From Pseudomonadota bacterium (lineage in GTDB: Bacteria > Pseudomonadota > Gammaproteobacteria > Xanthomonadales > Xanthomonadaceae): DNA of 64,000 bases. Numbering within the stretch: the first letter of the stretch is position 1; every line of letters starts with the position of its first letter. Positions 21,307-31,867 of the stretch are shown piece by piece. The notes below the pieces were generated by a model. The model saw only the letters and a list, made by a program, of their open reading frames with translations. It had not been told where the DNA came from and searched no databases. The stretch covers positions 22,490 to 86,489 of the forward strand of contig JAEWBY010000094.1 in NCBI GenBank assembly GCA_023390905.1, written 5' to 3'. The position numbers and the translations under genes were made by a program.

Positions 21307-22263
21307 ATGTTCATTTCCTGCCCGCATTGCCGCTATCTGGTCGCCACGGATCCACGGACGCAACAGGCGCCCGCGCACTGCCCGCGCTGCGGCGGCCTGA
21401 TGACGCCGGAGAGCGCCGCGCCTTCCAGTGCGCCGGAAACGGCACACAGTTTCGCCAGCCTGCTGCGCCGTGGAGAATCGCAGGCCGAAGTAGCACCGGA
21501 TGCAGGCGATGGCGAAGAAACGGCGGCCGATCCGATCGTTGTCGAATCAGTCGATGAAACGGCCGCGGCGCTGCATCCGGAGGCGGACGCGGGCGCGGAT
21601 TCCGTCGCGGAGCCGCATACGCGGGAAGCCGAAGCTCCATCCATCGACAACCTGATGGCAGCACCGGATGCCGAGGCTGTCGCCGCGCCACCTGCGCCCA
21701 CGATTCCCGATGCGGCTCCGGTCGCCGCATCCGCTCCCGCGCGCAATGCACGCGTGCCGGGCTTCCTGCATGCGGCCGGATCCCGCAGCCACGGCGGCCC
21801 CGATCGCGCACGCTGGCCATGGCTGGTGCTGCCGCTGTTGATCGCCCTGCTGATCGTGCAGATCCTGCTGGCTGATCGCGATCGCTTCGCCGCCGATGCG
21901 CAATGGCGGCCGGTCGTGTCCGCGCTGTGCGGCGTACTGGGGTGCAGTTTGCCTGCCTGGCATGAGCCGCAGGCTTTCGCGATGCTCGATCGCGATGTGC
22001 GTCCGTTGTCCGGTTCGCCAGGCCTGCTCGAAGCACGCGCGACCTTCCGCAACGATGCACGCTGGCCGCAACGCTGGCCGGTCCTGGTGCTGACCCTGAA
22101 GGATGCCGATGGCCGCACGCTGGGCGCGCGCGCACTGACTCCAGCCGATTACCTCGAAGCCGGCGGAAGCAGCGAACTCGCACCGGGCCAGAGCGCGCAG
22201 GTCGTGGTGCATGTGCGCGAACCGAGCACCAATGTTGTTGCATTTTCGTTTGATTTCCGGTGA
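21307..22263 (+). CDS. Zinc-ribbon and DUF3426 domain membrane protein
   Basis: CPHC...CPRC N-terminus, acidic linker, TM segment, LCGVLGC, C-terminal LAPGQS; typical position after prmA. Confidence 0.8.
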   Translation: MFISCPHCRYLVATDPRTQQAPAHCPRCGGLMTPESAAPSSAPETAHSFASLLRRGESQAEVAPDAGDGEETAADPIVVESVDETAAALHPEADAGADSVAEPHTREAEAPSIDNLMAAPDAEAVAAPPAPTIPDAAPVAASAPARNARVPGFLHAAGSRSHGGPDRARWPWLVLPLLIALLIVQILLADRDRFAADAQWRPVVSALCGVLGCSLPAWHEPQAFAMLDRDVRPLSGSPGLLEARATFRNDARWPQRWPVLVLTLKDADGRTLGARALTPADYLEAGGSSELAPGQSAQVVVHVREPSTNVVAFSFDFR

Positions 22264-22416
22264 AACGGACGCCTGATGCCCCATCCGGGTGCATGAACGG
22301 GTCGCGGTCGCGTCGCAAGCGACAAACGGGATGCACGCAGGGCTGACTGGCGCTAGACTCCTCCCCCCGCCGAAAACAAGAACACAGGCGGGATTGATTC
22401 ATCACCGGGGACCTGT

Positions 22417-22686
22417 GTGAACGCCGCCGCTACTCGTCAAGACAATCCTCGCGCGCCGCGCCCGCCGCTGCGCGAGCACGTCGCACTGTCCGTGCGCCGC
22501 TACCTGCGTGATCTGAATGGCTGCGACGCCGACGATGTCTACGAGATCGTGCTGCGCGAGATGGAAATCCCGCTGTTCGTGGAAGTGCTCAACCATTGCG
22601 AAGGCAACCAGAGCCGCGCCGCATCGCTGCTCGGCATCCATCGGGCCACGCTGCGCAAGAAGCTGAAGGATTACGGGCTGGCGTAA
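22417..22686 (+). CDS. fis: DNA-binding protein Fis
   Basis: [28 protein letters not shown]; directly upstream of purH. Confidence 0.92.
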   Translation: MNAAATRQDNPRAPRPPLREHVALSVRRYLRDLNGCDADDVYEIVLREMEIPLFVEVLNHCEGNQSRAASLLGIHRATLRKKLKDYGLA

Positions 22687-22915
22687 TCCGCTCCCACCGC
22701 GCGCATGATTGCGCGCCGCGTGCGGGTTCCAGGACAGGGTGCATTGCACCGCCGTTGCGGCTTCAACCGCGTCGGCCGCCTGCCGTGCGTGCGCGCCGTT
22801 GGGCTCAACGGTCGCATCCATGTCCGCGCCCTTGATCGCGTTCGATCGCGACGGCCCGGACCGCGCGGCGGATCGGCGAGGCTATAATTCCGCCATCCTC
22901 CCGCTGCACCTTCCC

Positions 22916-24502
22916 ATGACCGATCAACGCTTGCCCGTCCGTCGGGCGCTGCTTTCCGTTTCCGACAAGACCGGCCTGCTCGAACTGGCACGGGCGCTCG
23001 CTTCTCGCCAGGTCGAACTGCTTTCCACCGGCGGTACGGCCAAGGCCCTGCGCGATGCGGGCATGACGGTGCGCGATGTCTCCGAAGTGACCGGCTTTCC
23101 GGAGATCATGGACGGCCGCGTCAAGACGCTGCACCCGAAGGTGCACGGCGGCCTGCTCGGGCGCCGCGGCATCGATGATGCGGTGATGGCGCAGCATGGC
23201 ATCGAAGCCATCGATCTGCTGGTGCTCAACCTGTATCCGTTCGAAAAGGTCGCGGCCAATCCCCAGGCGAGCTTCGAGGACATCATCGAGAACATCGACA
23301 TCGGCGGGCCGGCGATGCTGCGCGCGGCGGCGAAGAATTTCGCCCATGTCGCCGTCGCCACCGATCCGGCGCAGTACGCGGCGCTGGTCGAGGAACTGGA
23401 TCAGCATGACGGCACGCTGTCGGCGGCCACGCGGATGCGGTTGTCGGTGGCGGCGTTCAACCGCGTGGCCCAGTACGATGCCTGCATCAGCGACACGCTG
23501 TCCTCGATCACCGCATTGAAGGACGATGGCGGCGTGGAGCGCAGCCCGTTCCCGCACCAGGCCAACGGCATCTTCATCAAGCTGATGGATCTGCGCTACG
23601 GCGAGAACCCGCACCAGCAGGCGGCGTTCTATCGCGATCTGTATCCGGTGCCGGGCACGCTGGCGACCTTCAGCCAGTTGCAGGGCAAGGAACTGAGCTA
23701 CAACAACATCGCCGACGCCGATGCCGCGTGGGAATGCGTGCGCCAGTTCGATGCGCCGGCCTGCGTGATCGTCAAGCACGCCAATCCGTGCGGCGTCGCG
23801 GTGGGCGCGGCCTGCGGCGACGCCTACGAACTCGCGTACGCGACCGACCCGACTTCGGCCTTCGGCGGCATCATCGCGTTCAACCGCACGCTGGATGCAG
23901 CCACCGCCAGGGTCATCCTCGATCGCCAGTTCGTCGAAGTGCTGATCGCGCCCGCCTACGAACAGGGTGCGCTGGACTACGCGAAGAAGAAAGCCAACGT
24001 ACGCGTGCTGGTGATTCCGCACGGCGACGGCGCCAACCTCATGGACGTCAAGCGCGTGGGCTCGGGCCTGCTGATGCAGACCGCCGACAACCGCGTGGTC
24101 ACCCGCGATGAACTGAAGGTCGTCAGCCAGCGCGCGCCGAGCGAGGCCGAACTGCGCGATCTGCTGTTTGCGTGGAAGGTCGCCAAGTACGTCAAGTCCA
24201 ATGCGATCGTCTATGCCAAGGATAACCGCACCGTCGGCATCGGCGCAGGACAGATGAGTCGAGTGGTCAGCGCGAAAATCGCCGGCCTCAAGGCCGAGGA
24301 AGCCAGCCTGGGCGTGCCCGGTTCGGTGATGGCGAGCGATGCGTTCTTCCCGTTCCGCGACGGCATCGACGCCGCCGCGCAGGCCGGCATCGCCGCGGTG
24401 ATCCAGCCGGGCGGTTCGATGCGCGACGCCGAAGTGATCGCCGCCGCCGACGAACACGGCCTGGCGATGGTGTTCACCGGCGTCCGTCATTTCCGGCACT
24501 GA
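22916..24502 (+). CDS. purH: Bifunctional AICAR transformylase/IMP cyclohydrolase
   Basis: [44 protein letters not shown]. Confidence 0.98.
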   Translation: MTDQRLPVRRALLSVSDKTGLLELARALASRQVELLSTGGTAKALRDAGMTVRDVSEVTGFPEIMDGRVKTLHPKVHGGLLGRRGIDDAVMAQHGIEAIDLLVLNLYPFEKVAANPQASFEDIIENIDIGGPAMLRAAAKNFAHVAVATDPAQYAALVEELDQHDGTLSAATRMRLSVAAFNRVAQYDACISDTLSSITALKDDGGVERSPFPHQANGIFIKLMDLRYGENPHQQAAFYRDLYPVPGTLATFSQLQGKELSYNNIADADAAWECVRQFDAPACVIVKHANPCGVAVGAACGDAYELAYATDPTSAFGGIIAFNRTLDAATARVILDRQFVEVLIAPAYEQGALDYAKKKANVRVLVIPHGDGANLMDVKRVGSGLLMQTADNRVVTRDELKVVSQRAPSEAELRDLLFAWKVAKYVKSNAIVYAKDNRTVGIGAGQMSRVVSAKIAGLKAEEASLGVPGSVMASDAFFPFRDGIDAAAQAGIAAVIQPGGSMRDAEVIAAADEHGLAMVFTGVRHFRH

Positions 24503-24505
24503 CGC

Positions 24506-25363
24506 GTGGCGCGCGCGAGCACGTCCATCAAGCGCACGGCGCCGGATCCGCTGGGCCTGGGCCCGCTGAGCGGCACGGCCACGTCGCCGAACGCATTGGC
24601 CTACGCCGATGCACAGGGGCGCGCCCTGCTCTATCACGCCAACTGTTTCGAACTGCTGGACCGGATCAACGAGAAGCATCCGCAGGGATGCTTCGACATG
24701 ATCTTCGCCGACCCGCCGTACTTCCTCTCCAATGGCGGCATCACCTGCCATGCGGGCAAGATGGTGAAGGTCGACAAGGGCGAGTGGGACAAGAGCCGCA
24801 GTCCGGATCTCAACCACGAGTTCAATGTCGAATGGCTGCGCCGCTGCCAGCGCGCGCTCAAGCCCAATGGCACGTTGTGGGTGTCCGGCACGCACCACGT
24901 CATCCATTCGGTCGGCTTCGCCATGCAGCAGCTCGGCATGAAGCTGCTCAACGACATCACCTGGGAAAAACCCAATCCGCCGCCGAACCTGGCCTGCCGC
25001 ACCTTCACCCATTCCACCGAAACCATCATCTGGGCGGCGAAGACCGAAAAGAGCAAGCACGTCTTCCACTACCGCAGGATGAAGGCCGAGAACGGCGATC
25101 GCCAGATGAAATCGGTATGGCGCCTCACCGCGCCGGGCAAGGAAGAAAAGAGCCACGGCCGGCATCCGACGCAGAAGCCGCTGGAACTGCTGCTGCGCTG
25201 CATCGAAGCATCGACCGATCCCGGTGATCGCATTTTCGATCCCTTCAACGGTTCGGGCACCACCGGCGTGGCCGCGCTGCGCAGCGGGCGGCTGTACGTC
25301 GGCAGCGAACTGGATCCGGCCTATATCAAACTGGCACGCGATCGATTCAAGGCCGAAGCCTGA
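24506..25363 (+). CDS. Beta-class DNA amino-methyltransferase, DpnA/M.MboIB-like
   Basis: IFADPPY (motif IV) precedes HPTQKP and DPFNGSGTT (motif I); FLSNGG, DKGEWDK and FTHSTET segments recall DpnA. Confidence 0.88.
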   Translation: MARASTSIKRTAPDPLGLGPLSGTATSPNALAYADAQGRALLYHANCFELLDRINEKHPQGCFDMIFADPPYFLSNGGITCHAGKMVKVDKGEWDKSRSPDLNHEFNVEWLRRCQRALKPNGTLWVSGTHHVIHSVGFAMQQLGMKLLNDITWEKPNPPPNLACRTFTHSTETIIWAAKTEKSKHVFHYRRMKAENGDRQMKSVWRLTAPGKEEKSHGRHPTQKPLELLLRCIEASTDPGDRIFDPFNGSGTTGVAALRSGRLYVGSELDPAYIKLARDRFKAEA

Positions 25364-25406
25364 TTGATCCGTTGCCTCCACCGATCGCGCATCACGGAGC
25401 ACACGC

Positions 25407-26693
25407 ATGAAAGTCTTGGTCATTGGTTCCGGCGGTCGCGAACACGCACTGGCCTGGAAGATCGCGCAGTCGCCAAAGGTCGATGAAGTGCTGGTCGCGC
25501 CCGGCAACGCGGGCACGGCGACCGAAGCCAAATGCCGCAATGTCGCCGTCGGCGCGACCGAGATCGATCGCCTGCTGGAACTGGTGCGCGCCGAGAACGT
25601 CGCGCTCACCATCGTCGGGCCGGAAGCGCCGCTGGTGCTGGGCGTGGTGGATCGTTTCCGCGCCGAGGGCCTGCGCATCTTCGGCCCGACCGCCGCGGCC
25701 GCGCAGCTCGAAGGCAGCAAGGCGTTCGCCAAGGATTTCCTCGCCCGCCACGGCATTCCCACCGCGCATTACGCAGTCTTCACCGATGCGGTCGAAGCGA
25801 TCGACCATGTGCGTGAAAAAGGTGCGCCCATCGTCATCAAGGCCGACGGGCTGGCGGCGGGCAAGGGCGTGATCGTGGCGATGACGCTCGCCGAAGCCGA
25901 GGCAGCCGTGCGCGACATGCTGGCGGGCAATGCATTCGGCGCGGCCGGTGCGCGGGTGGTCATCGAGGAGTTCCTGAGCGGCGAGGAAGCCAGTTTCATC
26001 AGCATGGTCGATGGCCGTACCGCGTTGCCGATGGCCACCTCGCAGGATCACAAGCGCGTCGGCGATGGCGATACCGGCCCGAACACCGGCGGCATGGGCG
26101 CGTATTCACCCGCGCCCGTGGTCACCCAGGCGGTGCACGATCGGGTGATGCGCGAGGTGGTCAATCCCACCGTGCAGGGCATGATCGCCGATGGCGTGCC
26201 GTTCACCGGATTCCTCTACGCCGGCCTGATGATCGATGACAGCGGCGCGCCGAAGGTGATCGAATTCAACGTGCGCTTCGGCGATCCGGAAACGCAGCCG
26301 GTGATGCTGCGCCTGCAATCGGATCTGGTGGAACTGGTGGAAGCAGCGATCGACGGCCAACTGGATCAGGTGCAGGCCGAATGGGATCCGCGTCCGTCGC
26401 TGGGCGTGGTGATGGCGGCCGAACATTATCCCGACACCCCGCGCGTGGGTGATGCGATCAACCAGTGGGACGTGCCGGAGCTGCCGGGCACCAAGGTCTT
26501 CCACGCGGGCACCCGCCTGGTCGATGGCCAGATCATCACCGCCGGCGGTCGCGTGCTGTGCGCCTGCGCGCTGGGCGAGAGCGTGGCCGATGCACAGCAT
26601 CGCGCGTATGGCGTGGTGGCCGGCATTTCGTGGCCGGGCGAATTCCATCGCCACGACATCGGCTGGCGTGCGATCGAACGCGAACGGCACTGA
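25407..26693 (+). CDS. purD: Phosphoribosylamine-glycine ligase
   Basis: GSGGREHAL, KADGLAAGKGV, GPNTGGMGAY, EFNVRFGDPE. Confidence 0.98.
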   Translation: MKVLVIGSGGREHALAWKIAQSPKVDEVLVAPGNAGTATEAKCRNVAVGATEIDRLLELVRAENVALTIVGPEAPLVLGVVDRFRAEGLRIFGPTAAAAQLEGSKAFAKDFLARHGIPTAHYAVFTDAVEAIDHVREKGAPIVIKADGLAAGKGVIVAMTLAEAEAAVRDMLAGNAFGAAGARVVIEEFLSGEEASFISMVDGRTALPMATSQDHKRVGDGDTGPNTGGMGAYSPAPVVTQAVHDRVMREVVNPTVQGMIADGVPFTGFLYAGLMIDDSGAPKVIEFNVRFGDPETQPVMLRLQSDLVELVEAAIDGQLDQVQAEWDPRPSLGVVMAAEHYPDTPRVGDAINQWDVPELPGTKVFHAGTRLVDGQIITAGGRVLCACALGESVADAQHRAYGVVAGISWPGEFHRHDIGWRAIERERH

Positions 26694-26734
26694 GTGCGAA
26701 AGGGCCGTCGCCGCATGAGCGACGGCCCGCTGTT

Positions 26735-27868
26735 TCAGGGCGCTTTGCTGCGCACCGCGTGTGGCGGGTCGGCCTGCAGCAGATCCGCATGCCCGCGCGG
26801 CGGCGCACGCAGATACTGCGGCGCGGTGTGCACGCGTGCGCCAAGCGCGGCGGCGGCATGCCACGGCCAGCGCGGGTCGTAGAGCATGGCACGCGCCAGC
26901 GCGACTGCATCGGCCTGCTGCTGCACCAGCACGCTTTCGGCCTGCTGCGGATCGGTGATGAGGCCGACGGCGATCACCGGCATGGCGACTTCGCGCTTGA
27001 TGCCTTCGGCGAACGGCACCTGATAACCGGGCCCGGCGCTGATGCGCTGCCGCGGATCCAGGCCGCCGCTGGAGACGTGGATGAAATGGCAGCCGCGTGC
27101 GTCGAGCGCCCGGGCCAGTTCGATGCTCTGCGCCAGATCCCAGCCCCCATCGACCCAGTCGCTCGCGGAAATGCGGATGCCGACCGCCATCGAATCGGAG
27201 ACCGCCGAACGCACCGCATCGAACACCTGCAAGGTCAGGCGCATGCGGTTCTCGAGCGAACCACCGTAAGCATCGGTCCGCGTGTTCGAGAGCGGCGACA
27301 GGAACTGATGCAGCAGATACCCGTGCGCCGCGTGGATCTCGATGAGATCCAGCCCAAGCCGTTCCGCGCGCCGGGCACTGGCGGCGAATGCATCGATCAC
27401 CTCCCGTATGCCGGCCTCGTCGAGGGCAACGGGCGCGGGATCACCTTCCGCATACGGCGCGGCCGAAGCCGACACCGTCTGCCAGCCATTGGGCGCATCC
27501 GGTGCGATGGCCGCACCCTTGTGCTCCCATGGCAGATGCGTGGAGGCCTTGCGCCCGGCGTGCGCAAGCTGCACGCCGATCGGCATGCGCGAATAATGGC
27601 GCGCGGCCGACAGCGCGCGCGCGAACGCCGCTTCGGTCGCGTCATCCCACAAACCCAGATCGCCCCAGCTGATCCGCCCGCGCGGCTCCACCGCCGTGGC
27701 TTCGATGATCAACAGGCCGGCGCCGGACAGCGCGAGATTCGGCCAGTGGAAGGCGTGCCAGTCGGTGGCCGCGCCCCGATCGGCCGAGTACTGGCACATG
27801 GGTGCGATGACGATACGGTTGGACAGCGGCAGCGGCCCCAGTTGCAGGGGCGAGAAGAGCAGACTCAA
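26735..27868 (-). CDS. NADH:flavin oxidoreductase (old yellow enzyme, YqjM-like)
   Basis: APMCQYSA, QLAHAGRKAS, EIHAAHGYLLHQFLSPLSN, YGGSLENR; TTG start after GGAG assumed (GTG 27880 is the alternative). Confidence 0.92.
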   Translation of the reverse strand: MSLLFSPLQLGPLPLSNRIVIAPMCQYSADRGAATDWHAFHWPNLALSGAGLLIIEATAVEPRGRISWGDLGLWDDATEAAFARALSAARHYSRMPIGVQLAHAGRKASTHLPWEHKGAAIAPDAPNGWQTVSASAAPYAEGDPAPVALDEAGIREVIDAFAASARRAERLGLDLIEIHAAHGYLLHQFLSPLSNTRTDAYGGSLENRMRLTLQVFDAVRSAVSDSMAVGIRISASDWVDGGWDLAQSIELARALDARGCHFIHVSSGGLDPRQRISAGPGYQVPFAEGIKREVAMPVIAVGLITDPQQAESVLVQQQADAVALARAMLYDPRWPWHAAAALGARVHTAPQYLRAPPRGHADLLQADPPHAVRSKAP

Positions 27869-27996
27869 GGGATTCTCCACGGAGGGCGGGTTCCGGAGCG
27901 CGCCACTATCCGCGCCGTCGGGAGAGCTTTCAACGCCACCGGCGGAACACAGCCGTTGCAGTCATTTGCTAGGCTCCGCGCATCCAAGGAGGCTCC

Positions 27997-29916
27997 ATGT
28001 CCGGCCACAGTCAGTTCGCCCTGCTCAATCAACGGCGTTTCCTGCCTTTTTTCCTGGTGCAGTCACTGGGTGCGTTCAATGACAACGTGTACCGGCAGGC
28101 CATCATCGGCCTGCTCGGCTTCATGAGCGTGACGCCGCAGGACCGCACGCTCTACACGAACCTGGCCCCGGCGATCTTCATCCTGCCGTACTTCCTGTTC
28201 TCCGCCACCGCCGGCCAGATCGCGGAGAAGCTGGAGAAATCGCGGCTCATCCGCCTGACCACCACGATGGAGATCGTGATCATGTCGCTGGCGGCGGTCG
28301 GCTTCCTCACGCAGAACCTCGGCATCCTGCTCGCGGCGCTGTTCTGCACCGGCCTGCAATCCACGCTGTTCGGGCCGGTGAAGTATTCGATCCTGCCTTC
28401 GGTGCTGAAGCCGGAAGAACTGACCGGCGGCAACGGCTTGGTGGAGATGGGGACATCACTGTCGATTCTGATCGGCATGATCTCCGGCGGCCTGATTTTC
28501 GCGCTCGCGGGCGCGCACGGGCCGATGGTCGCGGCCAGCGCCATCATCGTGCTGGCCATCGCCGGCAACCTCGTGTCGCGATGGATTCCGCGCGTGGACG
28601 CCGGCGAGCCCAATCTGCGCATCAACTGGAATCCGCTGACCGAATCGCGCGCGGTGCTGCGGCTGGCCAAGAAGCAGCCGGCCGTGCGCAACAGCGTGCT
28701 GGGTGTGTCGTGGTTCTGGTTCGTCGGCACGGTGCTGACCGGCAACATTCCCGGCTATGCCGACATCCATCTCGGCATCGGCAACTGGTATGTCTTCGCG
28801 CTGGCGCTGTTCTCGATCGGCACCGGCGTGGGTTCACTGCTGTGCGAGAAGCTGTCCGCGCGCACGGTGGAAATCGGCCTGGTGCCGCTGGGTGCATTCG
28901 GCATGACTGCGTTCCTGCTCGATCTGTATTTCGCGCGCAGCGGCGTTGCGCCGGTCAGCGGCATGTCGGTGCCGCAGTTCCTGCAACAGGCCGGAAGCTG
29001 GCGCATCGTCATCGATTTGACCGGCATCGGCCTGTTCACCGGATTCTTCGTCGTGCCGCTGTTCGCGCTGATCCAGAGCCGCACGCCGAAGAACGAGCTT
29101 TCGCGCGTGATTGCCGGCATGAACATCCAGAATGCCGGCTTCATCGTGCTGGCCGCGATGCTCGGTGTTCTGTTGCAGATGAAGGAACTGGTGATCGGCG
29201 GCCTGCGCATTCCAATGCCCGGCTGGACGATTCCGCAGGTATTCCTGGCGCTGGCGATCGCCAATGCCGTGGTGGCGATCTGGATCTTCACCATCGTGCC
29301 GGAATTCCTGATGCGCTTCCTCAGCTGGGTGCTGGTGCGCACGCTGTACCGGCTGCGCCTGCATGGGATCGAAAAGAACGTACCGGACGAAGGCCCTGCG
29401 CTGCTGGTCTGCAATCACGTCAGTTACATGGATGCGTTGATCCTCTCGGCCAGCATTCCGCGGCCGGTGCGCTTCGTCATGTACTACAGGATTTTCAACA
29501 TTCCGGTGATGAGCTGGATCTTCCGCAACGCCAAGGCGATCCCGATTGCCGGCGCGAAGGAGGATTCGGCACTGATGCAGCGCGCCTTCGATGCGATCGA
29601 TGCGGCGCTGGCCGAGGGCGAACTTGTGGGCATCTTCCCCGAAGGCGCGTTGACCCGCGACGGCGAAATCGCGGTCTTCAAATCGGGCGTGGAAAAGATC
29701 CTCGAACGCCGGCCGGTACCGGTCGTGCCGATGGCGTTGAAAGGCATGTGGACCAGCATGTGGAGCCGGCGCGATTCTCGGCTGGGACGCATGCGCGTGC
29801 CGCGCCGCCTCCGCGCCGGCGTCGAGGTGATGGCGGCGGCGCCCGTCGATGGCGCCACCGCGACGGCCGAGTCGCTCGAAGCGGCCGTGCGCGGCCTGCG
29901 CGGCGACGCGGCCTGA
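27997..29916 (+). CDS. MFS transporter (LplT-like) fused to a PlsC-type acyltransferase
   Basis: QSLGAFNDN, FGPVKY, GNGLVE; C-terminal NHVSYMD and FPEG. Confidence 0.88.
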   Translation: MSGHSQFALLNQRRFLPFFLVQSLGAFNDNVYRQAIIGLLGFMSVTPQDRTLYTNLAPAIFILPYFLFSATAGQIAEKLEKSRLIRLTTTMEIVIMSLAAVGFLTQNLGILLAALFCTGLQSTLFGPVKYSILPSVLKPEELTGGNGLVEMGTSLSILIGMISGGLIFALAGAHGPMVAASAIIVLAIAGNLVSRWIPRVDAGEPNLRINWNPLTESRAVLRLAKKQPAVRNSVLGVSWFWFVGTVLTGNIPGYADIHLGIGNWYVFALALFSIGTGVGSLLCEKLSARTVEIGLVPLGAFGMTAFLLDLYFARSGVAPVSGMSVPQFLQQAGSWRIVIDLTGIGLFTGFFVVPLFALIQSRTPKNELSRVIAGMNIQNAGFIVLAAMLGVLLQMKELVIGGLRIPMPGWTIPQVFLALAIANAVVAIWIFTIVPEFLMRFLSWVLVRTLYRLRLHGIEKNVPDEGPALLVCNHVSYMDALILSASIPRPVRFVMYYRIFNIPVMSWIFRNAKAIPIAGAKEDSALMQRAFDAIDAALAEGELVGIFPEGALTRDGEIAVFKSGVEKILERRPVPVVPMALKGMWTSMWSRRDSRLGRMRVPRRLRAGVEVMAAAPVDGATATAESLEAAVRGLRGDAA

Positions 29917-30011
29917 CGGAATCCGGACCGAAGATTGTGTGTACCGACCGTGATGACGACGGTTAGACTAGCCGCGCCAATCCACCGTTTCACCATCGCA
30001 AGGAGATTCCG

Positions 30012-30344
30012 ATGAGTGCCGTTCCTCCGCTGCCCCAGGAAGCACCGGGCAATATTCCCAACCACTTGGCCTGGGCGATCATTTCGACCGTGCTCGCGAC
30101 CTGCCTGTGCTGCCCGCTCGGCCTGGTCGGCATCGTGGCCATCGTGTTCTCCTCGCAGGTCAACACCAAGTTGAACCAAGGTGACGTCGAAGGCGCGCGC
30201 CGCGCTTCGAACAACGCCAAGATCTGGTGCTGGGTCGCGACCGGCCTGGCCATCATCGGCTTGATCTGGTCGGCCTACTGGTGGTCGACCGGCGGCATGG
30301 CCGCTTACCTGGAAACCATCCAGCAGATGCAGCAGATGCAGTAA
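30012..30344 (+). CDS. CD225/dispanin family protein
   Basis: PNHLAWAI..CC-P-G..AIVFSSQV..GDVEGARRAS..AK pattern. Confidence 0.85.
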   Translation: MSAVPPLPQEAPGNIPNHLAWAIISTVLATCLCCPLGLVGIVAIVFSSQVNTKLNQGDVEGARRASNNAKIWCWVATGLAIIGLIWSAYWWSTGGMAAYLETIQQMQQMQ

Positions 30345-30347
30345 GCG

Positions 30348-30764
30348 ATGCCGGTGGCGCTCAAACCACTGCATTGGGTGTGGCTGACGGGGACCGCCAT
30401 GGCGGTCTCCGTCGGTGTCTGGCTGCTGTTGGAGTTCGATCCGAATGCGGCGGGCAACCCGTTTCCGCCGTGCATGTTCCGCTTGTTCACGGGTTACTAC
30501 TGCATCGGCTGTGGCCTGACCCGGGCCCTGCATGCGCTGGTGCACGGCGACCTCGCGCGCGCGTTCGCGATGAATCCACTGGCGATGCTGGTATTGCCCA
30601 CGGTACCGCTGCTTGTCGCGCATGGCCGCGGCTGGCGCCCTCAGCGGCTGGCGCCCCTGATGAATGTACTGACCGAGCCGCGCGTGTGGCTGGTGGTGCT
30701 GCCGCTTTACTGGATCGCGCGCAATCTGCCGTGGCTCCCTTTCACGCTGCTGGCGCCGGGTTGA
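30348..30764 (+). CDS. DUF2752 family membrane protein
   Basis: PPCMFRLFTGYYCIGCGLTRALHALVHGD..A..MNPL. Confidence 0.85.
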   Translation: MPVALKPLHWVWLTGTAMAVSVGVWLLLEFDPNAAGNPFPPCMFRLFTGYYCIGCGLTRALHALVHGDLARAFAMNPLAMLVLPTVPLLVAHGRGWRPQRLAPLMNVLTEPRVWLVVLPLYWIARNLPWLPFTLLAPG

Positions 30765-30895
30765 GACGACCGGATCCGGATTGCCTGGATTCGTGGAAGC
30801 AGAAGCGGATCCACGGACGCGCCAGGGGCGCGTGATCGCTCGCACTGCGCACGCAACCGTCTTTCAACGCATGGGGCGGCACAGCGAACCGGCGC

Positions 30896-31789
30896 CTACC
30901 CCACCCAGCCGCCGATCACGAACACCGCCAGCACGGCGAGCCAGACCAGCAGGATGCGCCAGACCAGGCTCATTGCATCGCGCAGTTCCGGCAGTTCGCG
31001 CATGGCCTGCACCATGCCTTCTTCGGCGTAGTCCTCGGCTTCTTCGGCCAGTTCGGTGCGCACGCTGGCGCGCGCGGCCTGACCGAGGAACGCGGTATCC
31101 AGTTGCAGGCGATTGCCCTGCGCCGCGCGCCATGCCTGGAACACGGTATCGAAATTGCCGACCAGTGCCATCGCGAAGGTCATGAGCTGCGCGATCGGCC
31201 ATTCCAGCACCGTCAGCAGACGACGCGCCCCGATGCGATTGTCCGCGGGCAATGCGCGGTGGAATTCGACGGCACTGGCCAGCGCCACCAGCCGATACAG
31301 CACCGCCCCCATGGGACCAAGCAGCAGAAACCAGAACAACGGCCCGAACCAGCGTTGCAGCGCATTGCGGAAAACCGCTTCCACCAGGGCAGGTCCGTCG
31401 GCGGCGACGGTTTCGGCGTCCGGCCACAAGCGCGCGATGGCCGCACGCCGCGCCGCGGGTTCGTGCGCATCGATGATGGCCTCGACATCGACATCGAGAT
31501 CGCGCGGTCCCCACGCGTACACCAGCACGGCGATGCCGAACAGCAGGCCGATCAGCCCGAACAAGGGTTCGTGCAGCAGCCATTGGAACAGCGCCACCAG
31601 GAGCACCGGCGGCAGCACGGCCAGGGCGATGCCGTAGCGGCCCCGCCAGAAACCGTCATCGGGAAAGCGTTCGTCCAGCCAACGCAGCCAGTGCGCATAC
31701 CAGTGGAACTGGCGCAGCCCGGCGACCAGCGTGGGCGCCACATGGCCCAGGACCAGCGCGACGACCACGGCGACCAAAGTGATGGACAT
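30896..31789 (-). CDS. ampE: AmpE-like (CobD/CbiB-fold) membrane protein
   Basis: FGPLFWFLLLGPMGAVLYR, ALVGNFD; next to nudC. Confidence 0.7.
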   Translation of the reverse strand: MSITLVAVVVALVLGHVAPTLVAGLRQFHWYAHWLRWLDERFPDDGFWRGRYGIALAVLPPVLLVALFQWLLHEPLFGLIGLLFGIAVLVYAWGPRDLDVDVEAIIDAHEPAARRAAIARLWPDAETVAADGPALVEAVFRNALQRWFGPLFWFLLLGPMGAVLYRLVALASAVEFHRALPADNRIGARRLLTVLEWPIAQLMTFAMALVGNFDTVFQAWRAAQGNRLQLDTAFLGQAARASVRTELAEEAEDYAEEGMVQAMRELPELRDAMSLVWRILLVWLAVLAVFVIGGWVG

Positions 31790-31867
31790 GGGCTCCTCCT
31801 CCGTGGGGATTCTAGAGCGAGTCGGGCGATCGAAGCAGATTCGCGCCCATGCGACGGCCTGGCCCAG

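Noticed and set aside
19285..21447. 720-aa minus-strand ORF as one protein
   Set aside because: The first ~410 aa are antisense to prmA; the credible start is ATG 20205
22264..22416. dusB absent before fis
   Set aside because: Probably a lineage trait; no remnant visible
22805..25762. 985-aa antisense ORF, and similar long shadow ORFs (2583-4511, 10470-12242, 36067-37755, 41857-43491, 51467-53197)
   Set aside because: They lie opposite well-conserved genes; high GC with strong codon bias depletes antisense stops; no motifs
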